DNA from: Mytilus galloprovincialis | Taxonomy: Eukaryota | DNA length: 64,000 bases | Direction: 5' to 3' | Assembly: GCF_965363235.1 (NCBI RefSeq) | Contig: NC_134847.1 | Span: 64,044,144-64,108,143, forward strand | Part shown: piece after piece, positions 1-11,539 of the stretch | How the letters are laid out: every line of letters begins with the position of its first letter | Numbering within the stretch: position 1 is the stretch's first letter | The notes under the pieces: model-generated | What the model saw: the letters and a program-made list of their open reading frames with translations, nothing else | Databases searched by the model: none | What the model was told of the DNA's origin: nothing | Program-made: the position numbers and the translations under genes

Positions 1-479
1 AATGCACATGGAGTTACTGTGGATTCATTTATTTTCGTGGGTACCAATTTTGATGGATTGAGGAAAACTTTGCATTTTCGTGGATATTTATTTCATGGTT
101 TTCCAAAAGTGTGCATTTAATCATACAACAAATTTACAATTTGTTGAACATTTAAATTCATGGTTTTTCCTGTACCCACGAAAATTGGTCTCCAATGAAT
201 AATAATAATCTACAGTACCATTTTTGAATATTAACCTACATTTAAAGAGTTTAAAGCATGAAATGCACATGGAATTATCGCTTCTGCTAATGATCACTAT
301 TTACATTTTGAACTTTTCCTTCTTATTTTGTTACCCTCTGACTTTTACTTTGGTAATTTATTCAAACATCTTAACTGGGGAGAGAATATATATAGCAACA
401 AGCCATACCTCTTTTATATCAAATTTTCTATTTAAACAATCACATATATAACTTGTTTAAATTTTATCTGTGTCAATGA

Positions 480-745
480 ATAAATGACATGAAACAAGAG
501 TGTGTGCCCCATCCGCACTATCATTTTCTATGTTCAGTGGACCGTGAAAATGGGGGAAAATCTCTGATTTGGCATTAAAATTAAAAAGATCATATCATAA
601 AGAACATGTGTGCTAAGTTTCAAGTTGATTGGACTTCAAGTTCATCAGAAACTACCTGGACCAAAAACTTTAACCTGAAGCAGGTCAGACAGACAGACTG
701 ACGCACAGACCAGAAAACCGTGTGCCCATAAATGGAGCATAAAAA
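480..745 (-). mobile_element. MITE-like element (family with ends tttatgc.catttatgggca ... gatagtgcgagtggggcat), copy 1
   Basis: The reverse complement matches 30295-30660 and the split copy at 21640-21790 plus 22780-23000, sharing the core ggttaaagtttttggtcaaggtagtttttgatgaagttgaa.tccaatcaacttgaaacttag. It abuts the donor site of CDC5L exon 6. Confidence 0.65.
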
Positions 746-750
746 CTTAC

Positions 751-801
751 TCTATTCCTGCTGCTCGTAATTCTCTTCTCTTTTGTAATGCTGCTAACCT
801 C
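751..801 (-). CDS. CDC5L: CDC5L coding exon (R-RLAALQKRRELRAAGI-E)
   Basis: A tttttaccag acceptor and gtaagt donor bound a 51-nt exon matching human RRLAALQKRRELRAAGIE. The next exons are not found in 1-745 and presumably lie beyond the window edge. Confidence 0.75.
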
Positions 802-1352
802 CTGGTAAAAATAATCAATTTAAAGATTTTAAGCATTCAATAACAACATGGCTCTTCAAACAAATATGTACGCATAATCATGCTAATTATACTTGTAATT
901 CAAAGCATGAGAAAACAGTAAGAATGAGTCAATAAATCAGCAATTCATTCAACATATCAAAAAATTCAAAATATTGTGAAAAGAGAAGTTGGTAAACTTT
1001 AAAAAATCTTGAAACTTTTTTTTTATTATTACTTATTGAATATGAAGGCAAACTTGAAGCTGTAAGATAGGCAGCAAACATCAAATCTGACTCTGTAAAA
1101 CAATTTGCTGCTGATTTCTGCAGAATGAAGCTATGTTTTCTGATACGTCATTGGCAACCTTTCTGAGGGGCAGAAGTTAAAAGGCTCCATTCAATATTCA
1201 ATCATTACATTCTAGACATTATTTCCTGATTTATTTTTGAAACCAAATTATGGCATGTATTGCCTTTTTCCTGTTACACTTGTCTAACTTATGGATACTG
1301 TAACAACAATGGTTTTACATATCAAAGTTATTTTTCTAATATATATCTTTCA

Positions 1353-1496
<144 letters not shown>

Positions 1497-1939
1497 TCAT
1501 ATCAAAATCAATTTCAACACTGATTTAATAAAGAAGACTATATATATATATATTTATGTTATATATCTGCATGTTGAATCCGTATTTTCCGGAACTGTAT
1601 AGTCTTAATCATGAGTGTTGTGATTATTACATGTATCCGCCTCTTTTTGTGTTTTAATCCAAAGTAAAAGGGTGTAATTTGAGAGCTCTTCATTTATTTA
1701 TATTCCATACTTGTCTTTAGTCCCCCAAACATGAGTCAGGTATATTACCTGGTGGAGGACCCTGGCATCGATCCCGGTACCTCTCGCATATAAATACAAT
1801 ATCGAAATGAGAAGAATAAGTGCATCAAACAGATTTTACATAATAAAAATGTGTAAGGGTTCCGTGGAACCCAGTGTCTCGCCTACTTTTGCTGTAAATT
1901 GCAGGATCAACAAAAATGAGGGAAAAAATCAATAAAAAT

Positions 1940-2640
1940 ATTCCGTTTGATACCATGTTTGGATTGTAGGAAGCTTCTGTCCAAGTTTGGTAAAAATCCT
2001 GGATAGTTTATGAATCTAATAAATGTTTTAAAAACTTTAACTGCAGACTGGATGTAATGTTAACTGGAAGAAAAACTAAGTCCTTTTATAAGTAAAATAC
2101 AGATACACAGGTACAAAATATTAACAAAATTTCCTTCTAGATACTAGCTTTTGATCATAAACAAGCTTCTGTCTTAGTTTGGTACAAATAAAAAATAGTA
2201 TAAGAAAGTTATCAAAATTTTTTAAAATGTAACCACAGAGTGAATGTGTTGTTTCCTGGCAGAAAAAAAGTCCATTTAAAGTAAAATATGGAAAAATGGA
2301 TTTGTCAATTTACAAAATTTACTTCTGGATACTATCTTATGATCATAAACAAGCTTCTGTCCAAGTTTGGTACAAACCAAGGATAGTTTAAGAAAGTTAT
2401 TAAAATTTTAAAAACTACAACCACAGAGTGATGTAATGTTTTCCCGCAGAAAAACTAAGTGCATTTATAAGTAAAATACGGAAAAATGGAATTTTATTTT
2501 CACAAAATTTACTGCTGGATACCATCTTATGATCATAAATAAGCTTCTGTACAAGTTTGGTAGAAATCCAGGATAGTTTAAGAAAGTTATTTAAATTTTA
2601 AAAACTTTAACCACAGAGTGAATATTTGTGGACGCCGCCG
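1940..2640. repeat. Tandem repeat, ~190-bp unit x ~3.5, followed by a GC-rich (CGN)n tail 2630-2700
   Basis: The marker aagcttctgt recurs at 1971, 2163, 2351 and 2541. Units carry the core atcataaacaagcttctgtccaagtttggtacaaa...aaccacagagtg. The array lies in CDC5L intron 4. Confidence 0.8.
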
Positions 2641-2889
2641 CCGACACCGACGACGACGGAATGTAGGATCACTTAGTCTCGCTTTTTCGACTAAAGTCGA
2701 AGGCTCGACAATAATATATTGTATTGAATTGTACTTGTGATTTTTGGGGGAGAATTTTTAATCATTACACAATTTAATCACCACATAAAAGATTTATGCA
2801 TTTAAGAATCATGAATATAACAATCCATCGAAAAATATTAACATTAATATTGCATTATAAAATATTATCATAACAAATGATCTTTTTTA

Positions 2890-3048
<159 letters not shown>

Positions 3049-3642
3049 TTAAAATGAAATATTTTGTTAAGAATATAGGTAAAACTTTAACAAACTACCT
3101 CTCAATAAAATAAATTTTATATCCCTATCAGACACTTAACATTAGAGTATGTTTCCAAATAATAGACACAAATTTGGAACGTGACTGTTAAGGTTGATAA
3201 AATTTAATATCTACATTTTGTTGTAGAAACATGGTACCTGATGTAAGAAAAAAAAAATTAATATCGTTAAAATAAGAATACTTTATTCCTAATATACTTT
3301 TAATGCTTTCCTTTCCAGTGCAAATGAGTTTTTGGTTGGCTTTATGTTGCTCAATCTTTAGTTTTCTGTTAAACAAGATTTTACATAAACTTATGTTTCA
3401 GTTAAGCCTACTGTGGATTCTTTTATTTTCCTGGGTACCAATTTTGTGGATTAAGGAATATTTATTACATATTCGTGGATATTTAATTTCATGGTTTTGC
3501 AGATGTCTGCATACATGCCTACATAAAATTTGTCATTTTGTTAAACATTTAATTTTGTGGTTTGCCTGTACCAACAAAATCCACAAAAAATTAGTATCAC
3601 ACGAATGAAAATGAATCCCCAGTATATCAATCATGTGACTCA

Positions 3643-3837
<195 letters not shown>

Positions 3838-4407
3838 TTATCAAAACTTATTTCAAAGAATATTCTTTTTCTGTTGTTAATTTTTTGTTTGTTAATGATG
3901 ATATTCCATTTGACACTTCTTTTGAAGTGAACAGTTGGTTTGATATTGGCCTTGTTTGCAAAAATGTCTCAGATTTCTGCCTTTTTCATTTAAATCACTT
4001 CACATGTTAACATTATTCTGTTTATTTAGGAAGGATTATGACATTATTTGTGTACATCATACTTGATTTACAGGATAAAAAGCATTACATGTACATGTAA
4101 CATGAAAGTCAAAAGTCATCAACAAACAGAAATTCATTCAGAAAAGTGAACTTAAATTGAAATTTAGTATTTCCATTAAATTCAATATTTACATTCAACA
4201 CAGTGACAATATTCAATTAAAAAGTTTGGTAACAAGACATTCATGACCAACCCTCTCTCATTTTCAAATTTGTTCTTGAAAAGACATGTTTGTGTCTGAA
4301 AAGTTGAAAACAAAATATATTTTTGGCCTAAACTACTCAACTAATTCTACACATTTATATGTAGGACTACAACAAGAAATCAGTAAACCTCAACTGATTT
4401 TCTTTTA

Positions 4408-4520
4408 AATTACATACATTAAACTTTACCTTTAACCTATCATTAGTTGATTAACAAAAAGAAGCAGTTTAGCTTCTTTTTGTTAATCAACTAATGATAG
4501 GTTAAAGGTAAGTTTAATTA
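4408..4520. repeat. Long near-perfect hairpin (arms ~46 bp, 5-bp loop) in CDC5L intron 2
   Basis: ctttacctttaacctatcattagttgattaacaaaaagaagc agttt agcttctttttgttaatcaactaatgataggttaaaggtaag. The arms are perfect over 38 bp and extend to about 46 bp with one indel. Confidence 0.8.
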
Positions 4521-4653
4521 AACTCCATAGTAAAAGCAATGATAACTTCATTATTATAATTTTTGTTGAAGGGATTTTTAGCTTCTAGTTTAAGTTATTA
4601 CAGCTGGAGTTCTACACTGTAACAACTTTATTGTGTACATGTATCTCAACTTA

Positions 4654-4890
<237 letters not shown>

Positions 4891-5292
4891 TTATACAATT
4901 GCAGGGATCTCCATGACCTGTTTTACGATGGCGCCCCGCCATCGTTCCGTTACCTTGCGCCATCGTCAAATTGTCTCCTCCATGGTTAAATTTGTCTGCG
5001 CCATCGTTAAAATTATTGTCAATATTTATTTTTGTATCGTAGTCGTCGCCATTTTTGTTTGTCAAAATGCAAGCTTAATCATCTCCGATACTGGAGAGTA
5101 ATTTTACAGGTAAATATACAGTACGGTATAGACAAAAACCCTACGGCTGTACATAAATTTTACCAATCAAGTTAATAAAATTAGAAGGTATTATATATGT
5201 TTGAAGGTGAAATCGAATTTTATAGGTTTTGAAAAGTGTTCACAACGTAAATAAAATTGAAAATAATAAAAAGTGTTTTTATTCCGATAAAA

Positions 5293-6460
5293 ATGTCGAA
5301 ACGAGTACGTCATGCTTCTGAACCGTCTAGTGTTCAGTCAACTCTTGGAGCTTTTTTTGAATCTGGGGAAAATAGTAAAAAACGTAAAAGAAATGATGAC
5401 AGTGATCATGAGAGTGTTAAATCTGCTAGCCCAGTGAAATCTAAAAAGCATAGATCAACGTTTTACAAAGCTTGGGAATCAAAGTATCAGTGGTTAACTT
5501 ACGAAGAAGAAGAAGGTACTTTTATTTTTAATTAAAATTTCGTAGAATTATTAACCAAAAGTAAAAATCATTTGATTTTATTTCAATTGTAATTATTAAA
5601 AGTTAATTTTAAATAACTTTTCCGATGTTAATAACTTATTTAATTATTTTTTAACTTTGGACAAAAATTCCCGGTAAATAGCGCTAACACCTGACTAATG
5701 TTCGTTTTTAATTTAATTTGCACATTAAAACTTTGGGAATAAATCATTTTTACAGGAATGTTTTGTACATTGTGTATAAAATTCAAACAGCAAGCTAAAA
5801 ATACTGAAGTCTGGACAAAAGTGGGTTGTAAATCTTACAGAGAAGATGTGATTAGAAATCATGAACGTACAAGCTATCATCAAGTTTCTGTCAATATGGA
5901 AAGAGACTCCTTAATAAGTAAAACAACTGGAGGTATTGGTCAAGCATTAGACACTGTTGTAACCCTAGAAAGACGTGCGTTTATAGCTGCTCTTAGATGT
6001 ATGTACTTCTTGTTGAAAAAAGAAATACCACACACTTCGAATTTTGGAGACCTGCTGGACTTGGTCAAAGAAAATGGTTGCTCTTATTTGGATACACTTA
6101 ATGTGGAAGGAAGGGTGAAGTACCAGTCTCAACGAGCAATACAGGAGATGGTGTGGTGTTTAGGTAAATATTTCTTTATTTATTCTTTCTATAATAATTT
6201 ATACGCTTTATATTTTAAGAACGCATGAATCAGAAAATGATTTGTTTTACCTTTGTTTTATAGGTGAAACTATACGTGAAGATGTTGTTGCAAAAGTTGG
6301 ACAGTCAAGTTTTTATAGCATTCTGATTGACGAGACTACAGACATCAGCGTATTGAAACAACTAATAATTTATGTTAAATTTATGGTTGGAGAAGAGTGC
6401 CAAATCAAGTTTCAGCTTCTACAGCAGACAAGTGTCTTCTTTTCATCTTCAGTGGCATAA
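5293..6460 (+). pseudogene. hAT transposase remnant, N-terminal part (TTF-type zinc finger + start of DUF4371; ZMYM1/ZNF862/KIAA1586-like), 3 exons 5293-5515, 5756-6163, 6264-6460
   Basis: The peptide contains ...FYKAWESKYQWLTYEEEEG|MFCTLCIKF...NHERTSYHQVS...LIDETTDISVLKQLIIYVKF, typical of the zf-TTF/DUF4371 N-terminus of domesticated and active hAT transposases. Splice junctions are in phase (ggtact donor / acag acceptor; taggtaaat donor / ttttatag acceptor). Translation then terminates prematurely and the central roughly 500 aa of the transposase are missing. Confidence 0.6.
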
Positions 6461-6552
6461 ATATAGTTTAATAGCAATGCATCTAACTTTTTAAATCATA
6501 AACCTTTCTGTTAAACATGTCAGATACTTACCATTTTATCTCATTACTTTTC

Positions 6553-6757
6553 AGATTGTGAAAGAGGATTCAGTGTCCTCAACAGGGTGAAGACTAGGGC
6601 CAGAAACAGACTTTCACAGAAAGTCCTGAATAACCTTATGATGGTGTCCACTCAGGGTCCAGAGGGAAAGGACTTTAATTTCAACAGGGCTGCAGAGTTG
6701 TGGGCATCTTTGTCTCAAAGAAAACTTGACATTGGGATTATAAATGATGATGTTTGA
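6553..6757 (+). pseudogene. hAT transposase remnant, C-terminal dimerisation domain (DCERGFSVLNRVKTRARNRLSQKVLNNLMMV...)
   Basis: The CERGFSVLNRVKTRARNRL motif is the hallmark of the hAT family C-terminal dimerisation region. It is preceded by acceptor ttacttttcag and ends at stop TGA 6755-6757, about 110 bp inside the 3' TIR. Confidence 0.6.
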
Positions 6758-7129
6758 TTGATGTATAATAAAATGTGTATAATTGCTCAAATCACTCTTT
6801 CTTAACTTCTTTGATCGCAATCATGATTTTTTTTTCAAGTTGAGCTTTCCTCCATGGTTCAATTTTCATCCATGGAGATCCCTGCAATTGCATACTTTAT
6901 ATCATTGGTTTAACATAAGTTTTTCCCATTAAACTGACCTACTTTTAAGTACTAAAAGGCGTTTTATTAACTGAATTTTACTGTTGGTATTGCTGTGTGT
7001 TTCTTCACTTTTGCTTCCGTCCCAAGTCAGGAACCTCTGGCCTTTAATTTGGTTGTCTTGTATGTTTTTTATTTTTTGTTCATTTATATGTTTTGAAATT
7101 TTCACTGAACCAGAACACATTTTTATTTA

Positions 7130-7270
7130 GGGGTTAGCTTATGCCCACCTCAAGTGCAGGATTTTCTACCTGCGTTGAAAACCCGTTGGTGGCCTTCTGC
7201 TGTTATTTGCTCTGTCAGGTCGTGTAGTTGTCTCTTTGACATATTCCCCATTTCTTTATTCAATTTTACT
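7130..7270 (+). repeat. SINE-like interspersed repeat, family A (ends ...ttgttgtctctttgacatattccccatttccattctcaatt)
   Basis: Four further copies are present at 30160-30275 (+), 55375-55460 (+), 47583-47720 (-) and a truncated one at 51440-51500 (+). Copies share the head gggttagcttatgcccacctcaagtgcaggattttctacctgcgttgaaaacccgttggtggcc. Confidence 0.7.
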
Positions 7271-8013
7271 AATCAATTTACTGTTGACGATGCTGTAGAA
7301 ACAGCACAACTATTACTTAACTCTTACTCTTATATTAATCCACCATTTTTTACATACATGTAAGAATGGTTGGAATTTTTTTTATAACATTGTCGATATT
7401 TACCTGCCTGTACTTGACATTGAAAGAGATACAATGTATCTTTTGTATCAGAAGCCACAAAAAGGTGAATTTGAATTTTTCACAAATTCTGAGGTCCTGT
7501 GAGTGTTGCAGATTCCCACATAGTGATACAGTATATCAAAAGGTAGTCCCTACATAAATATCACTAGACATACAAGAGGGTAGTAATGCCCTTTACAAAA
7601 TGTACAGTCAGGCATCAAACGTCCATTTTCGGCTACCGACTAACCGTTAGCGTCAAATTGATTAAAATTTTACTGTTGTCAAAATATACTTATTGTGATG
7701 CATCAGAGGGCACAAATAATTAACGTTACCGCTATTTTTGGAAAAAAATTAACGTGATCAACAAAATCTTCGATTTTTTTTTATTGTCTAAAAGAAAGTG
7801 CATATTTTATCGTCATGCACCAAACATTTCCGTTTAATAACGTAATTTGGCAAGAATTTATACCGTTATTCGTCATGCCCATTACCACCCTTATACAGCA
7901 GTATCAATATTAGAATGTTTGATGTAAACGACAAAACAAAAACATGCACTGTTGTAAAACAAAAATGTAAGCGTGTGTGAACTGATAAACTTGCAATAAT
8001 GTATGACATTTAC

Positions 8014-8058
8014 CTCCGTGTTACGCCAAACACCTCCTTTTATCATAATTCTCGGCAT
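8014..8058 (-). CDS. CDC5L: CDC5L first coding exon (MPRIMIKGGVWRNTE), ATG at 8058-8056
   Basis: The reverse complement reads atgccgagaattatgataaaaggaggtgtttggcgtaacacggag followed by a gtaaat donor. The 15 residues match the human CDC5L N-terminus exactly. An acceptor-like ttttacag lies 20 nt upstream of the ATG, so this may be the coding part of exon 2 behind a 5'UTR intron. Confidence 0.75.
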
Positions 8059-8400
8059 CTTGGCCTTTCACTTCTTAGATCTCTGTAAAAGGTGTTTAAA
8101 ATGTAATTGTCTAAAAGTTTTTTTTCTCCAATAATTTCTCCAAAACAAAACGTTTTGGGTATAAATAAATTTAGCTAATAACCAAAATTAACAACGGACA
8201 CGAATATCTTTTAGATACACAACTCTATATATGATGATTGACTGCATTTCTGTACAGTCTTATTATTCTTCATATATTTTGTATAGTATTGATATTTAAT
8301 ATAACCAAAATCAATCTTTTAAGAACAAAATTTGATAAATACATTTTATTTTGGTAACATGGTAAAAATGAACACTTTATTCTACTGCAGCCTATTAGAA
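8059..8400 (-). promoter_or_regulatory. CDC5L: Putative CDC5L 5'UTR/promoter region
   Basis: Called only from its position immediately upstream of the CDC5L start codon. No recognisable TATA box or CpG island. The exact TSS is unknown and a 5'UTR intron is possible. Confidence 0.3.
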
Positions 8401-10304
8401 AGTCCAGAGAGAATCGAACGACATTTCCCCGCCTTTTCGAAAATAGCTGGATAAGCAGCTGGACTGTTTACAAATCGTTTCCCAATCCTTTCTCAGATAC
8501 AAATACAGTATAATAGAACACATTTTTTACAGGAAAAAACGTAGGTCAGGATGGTCACTTCATCTTCCTGTTAGAATCATTGCAGATGTGGTGGCCACAA
8601 TCATTTTGGACAGTTGAATGCATAGCAAATAAATTATTCTGAGCTCAAGGCACCATGTGAGCCATTACCATCACTGTGCCCCCTTTGATTACTTTGCATT
8701 TTCTTAATCAAAACATTTGAAAAATACCTGCATGATCATCATATGTGAATAAAACATCTTAATAATAGTCCATTTGCCGACTATCTATTTGATTCTGTTA
8801 TACAGAAATTACTTCTCTTTTTCAAATATCGACTGGTTCTATATCGTACAAATTTGGGTTCTGTCCTCAAAAGGCAAAATAAGTTGAATATGAAATATCA
8901 GCATTTGAATAATTCTGAAAGAAAAAAATGAAAAGTTGCCCGAGTTCCAACAGTTTACAGCTTATGTAAAGCAAAATTATATCCAGGTGAAATTTGATCC
9001 GGAGGAAAAAATGTCACAGTAGTTGTTGTTATTTTTTTATCCGGAGGAATATATTTCCCTGGGATATTTTTTCCTTTGCCGTGAAATTCTATCTGTGTAG
9101 TTTACTTATTGAATAGTTATTATAAAAACTTATCCTATAAAAATACTATGAAATAATAATAGTGTATTTGAAATAAAGCGAAATTGTTAAAAAAAAATGT
9201 ATTATAATGGGAAATAATTTCACAAATTATCCTTGAAAAAAATTCCTGAAGTATTCAAAGCAATATCATCCTTTTAAAAAGAAAATTATCATGAAACATA
9301 GAGAAGAAAACCAGAAGTAATTTCAAAGATCGTAATTGTGAAAATAATATCATGATTAAACAAGGTTAGTGAAATACATGTAAAAGTGAGTTGTTTTCAG
9401 ATCTCAGTACAAATATAAATTTAAAAGTAAGGTAGAAATATAGTTGCATAACTACTGTTAACAGTAATAGAAGAATTTGATTATGATGATATTTTTAACT
9501 ATATAAATAGTTTTGTCTGGGGACAGAGATGTAGTTGTTGATTATATGGAAATCAGATAAATCATATCATAACAATATATTGGAACAAAAGCATGTTTAA
9601 CAGCTGGATATTTTTTACCTGTGAAATGTTATCTGTCTTATTAAATCAAGTTGTAAGTCATCTTTTTATATAAATGAATATATAAAAAATAAGATTCAAG
9701 GAAAAATTTCACTCTAAAATAGATTCAGAAATATATTATATTAATACATTTGTATCTTTAAAATATAAATTGCTCATAATTACCTCCCTTTGATAAATTA
9801 TGCAAATTTGGTCTACCTTTGTGAAACTTTTTATAACTATAATCAGGTATATATTGATTGTGAGTAACTTACAAAGTAGTTAATGGGACTCTATTTCACA
9901 CGGTTCTGGGAAATATAGTACGGCAAATATATACCGGTACATACTATCCGCATAACACAGATAGATTTTCACTCCTCTGGAAAAAATCAACCTGAGAAAA
10001 ACCATGCCTGGAAAAAAATTACCGGGACAAATTATCCTCAGGATAAAATATCACAGAGGAAGAAATAAACCGTTACACTTACAGTAACAAAAAAATAAAT
10101 GTAATTAAAAGATTTAAGAAACTTAAAGCTTACACACATTTAATACTCACAGATAAGTTTGCTGTTTTTCTTAGCTCTTCATTGCCAATGAAAAATTTAT
10201 GACCCTTCAAAGTTAGACAACTAAAAAATGGATCTCTTAATGCAGGGTCAACTCAATTAAGGAAATTGGCAAATAGTGTGTATAGTTTATAAATTGATGT
10301 TTTG

Positions 10305-10775
10305 ATTGAATGTAGGACAGAAAGTCACAGGACAAATGGTCACGGACATAAAGTCACAGGACAAAAAGTCACAATTCAGTTTTGAGATTGTTTTTGAAAA
10401 TATTTTTTTTTTATTTTCTTGAAGTTATATATATGAAGCAACTTTGTAATTAAAATTTATTTACTAAATATCAATAATGATCAAGTAATTGTCATGATTG
10501 TTATGAAAACAAAATGTCAAAAGTGGCTTGGTACTTAAATGGCTTTATTTTGCCAATAAATATATCCTTTCCATGATTAAAATTGTACTAATTACATTTT
10601 CATTTATCAAGGTTAATGAGCAATTTCCCTAACTTAAAAATGAATATATGTTGTAAAAAGTAAATATATAAAAATATATTAAAACAATTGTCAAAAAATT
10701 ATTTGTGACTTTTTGTCCTATCAAATTTGTGACTTTATGTCCTGTGACTTTCTGTCTGTTTACCTTTTGATTTGG
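10305..10775. mobile_element. MITE (~470 bp) with ~60-70-bp TIRs made of aagtcacaggaca subrepeats
   Basis: The left end ggacagaaagtcacaggacaaatggtcacggacataaagtcacaggacaaaaagtcacaa matches the reverse complement of the right end ttgtgactttttgtcctatcaaatttgtgactttatgtcctgtgactttctgtctg. The interior is AT-rich and has no ORF. Confidence 0.65.
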
Positions 10776-11539
10776 GTAAGAGGTCTATCTCTTTTGTTGC
10801 TATGTTGTATTGTTTCACTGCATGTGGATGCTAGACCAGAAGAAAAAAAAATGTTTTCTCAACAATTTTTTTTTATCATTACATAATGCATCCCTTATGA
10901 TCAATTAAAAATCTTTTCTCCGACTAGCTTCCAATTTTGTTTTTTCAAAAGGATTAATCAACCAGTTGCACCTTCAACATTGCATCTAAGGGAAGTAACT
11001 TGCACTTACTATTGAAATACAATTATCTAAGATTTTAATCAATAACAAACAAAACAACTGTTTCTCAAAACAGAATTATGGGTTGTAATTTAAAAACTAA
11101 AGCAATAAGAGCGAAAATATCGGTCAAAATTATAACAAATTTTCCTGGTTAATTTTAAGCAGATATTGCTGCTGAAATTGTAGCAAATTAGAATAATACA
11201 TTTTTGTAATACAATGATAAAATAAAATTGTTGCTTATACGACAGTAGCAAATATTACATACTAATCATAATTTTATGAGTTATTGCCCATAAGGATAAT
11301 ATTTAAAAAAAATATTATCATGTTTTTGTGTACTAGCTTCCCCTATCCTGATAAAAAAAAAGTTATATGATGCAGCAAATAAACAAGATAACACTGTCCA
11401 TCTTTATTTTAAATGTACATTACACATGTCATATCTAATTAACCTCATATTTTATCTTTCATATTATATCTACAAGTGTTAATAATTTGATTAAAAGTTT
11501 TGATATATATATATGGTTTTTTAACTTCAGACATCAAAA

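Larger units (their letters stand above)
4896..6890 (+). mobile_element. Internally deleted hAT-superfamily DNA transposon (~2 kb) inside CDC5L intron 1
   Basis: Terminal inverted repeats caattgcagggatctccatg (4896-4915) and catggagatccctgcaattg (6871-6890), with termini of the hAT type (CAGGG...). Subterminal gccatcgt repeats and the palindrome acgatggcgccccgccatcgt are present. The internal ORF fragments encode the N- and C-terminal parts of a hAT transposase. Confidence 0.75.

Noticed and set aside
5257-5292. Upstream extension of the hAT transposase ORF (MKIIKSVFIPIK)
   Set aside because: The ORF-track start is simply the first in-frame start codon after a stop. The later ATG at 5293 (MSKRVRH...) has the better context and begins the recognisable N-terminal region. 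Either way the gene is a transposon remnant.
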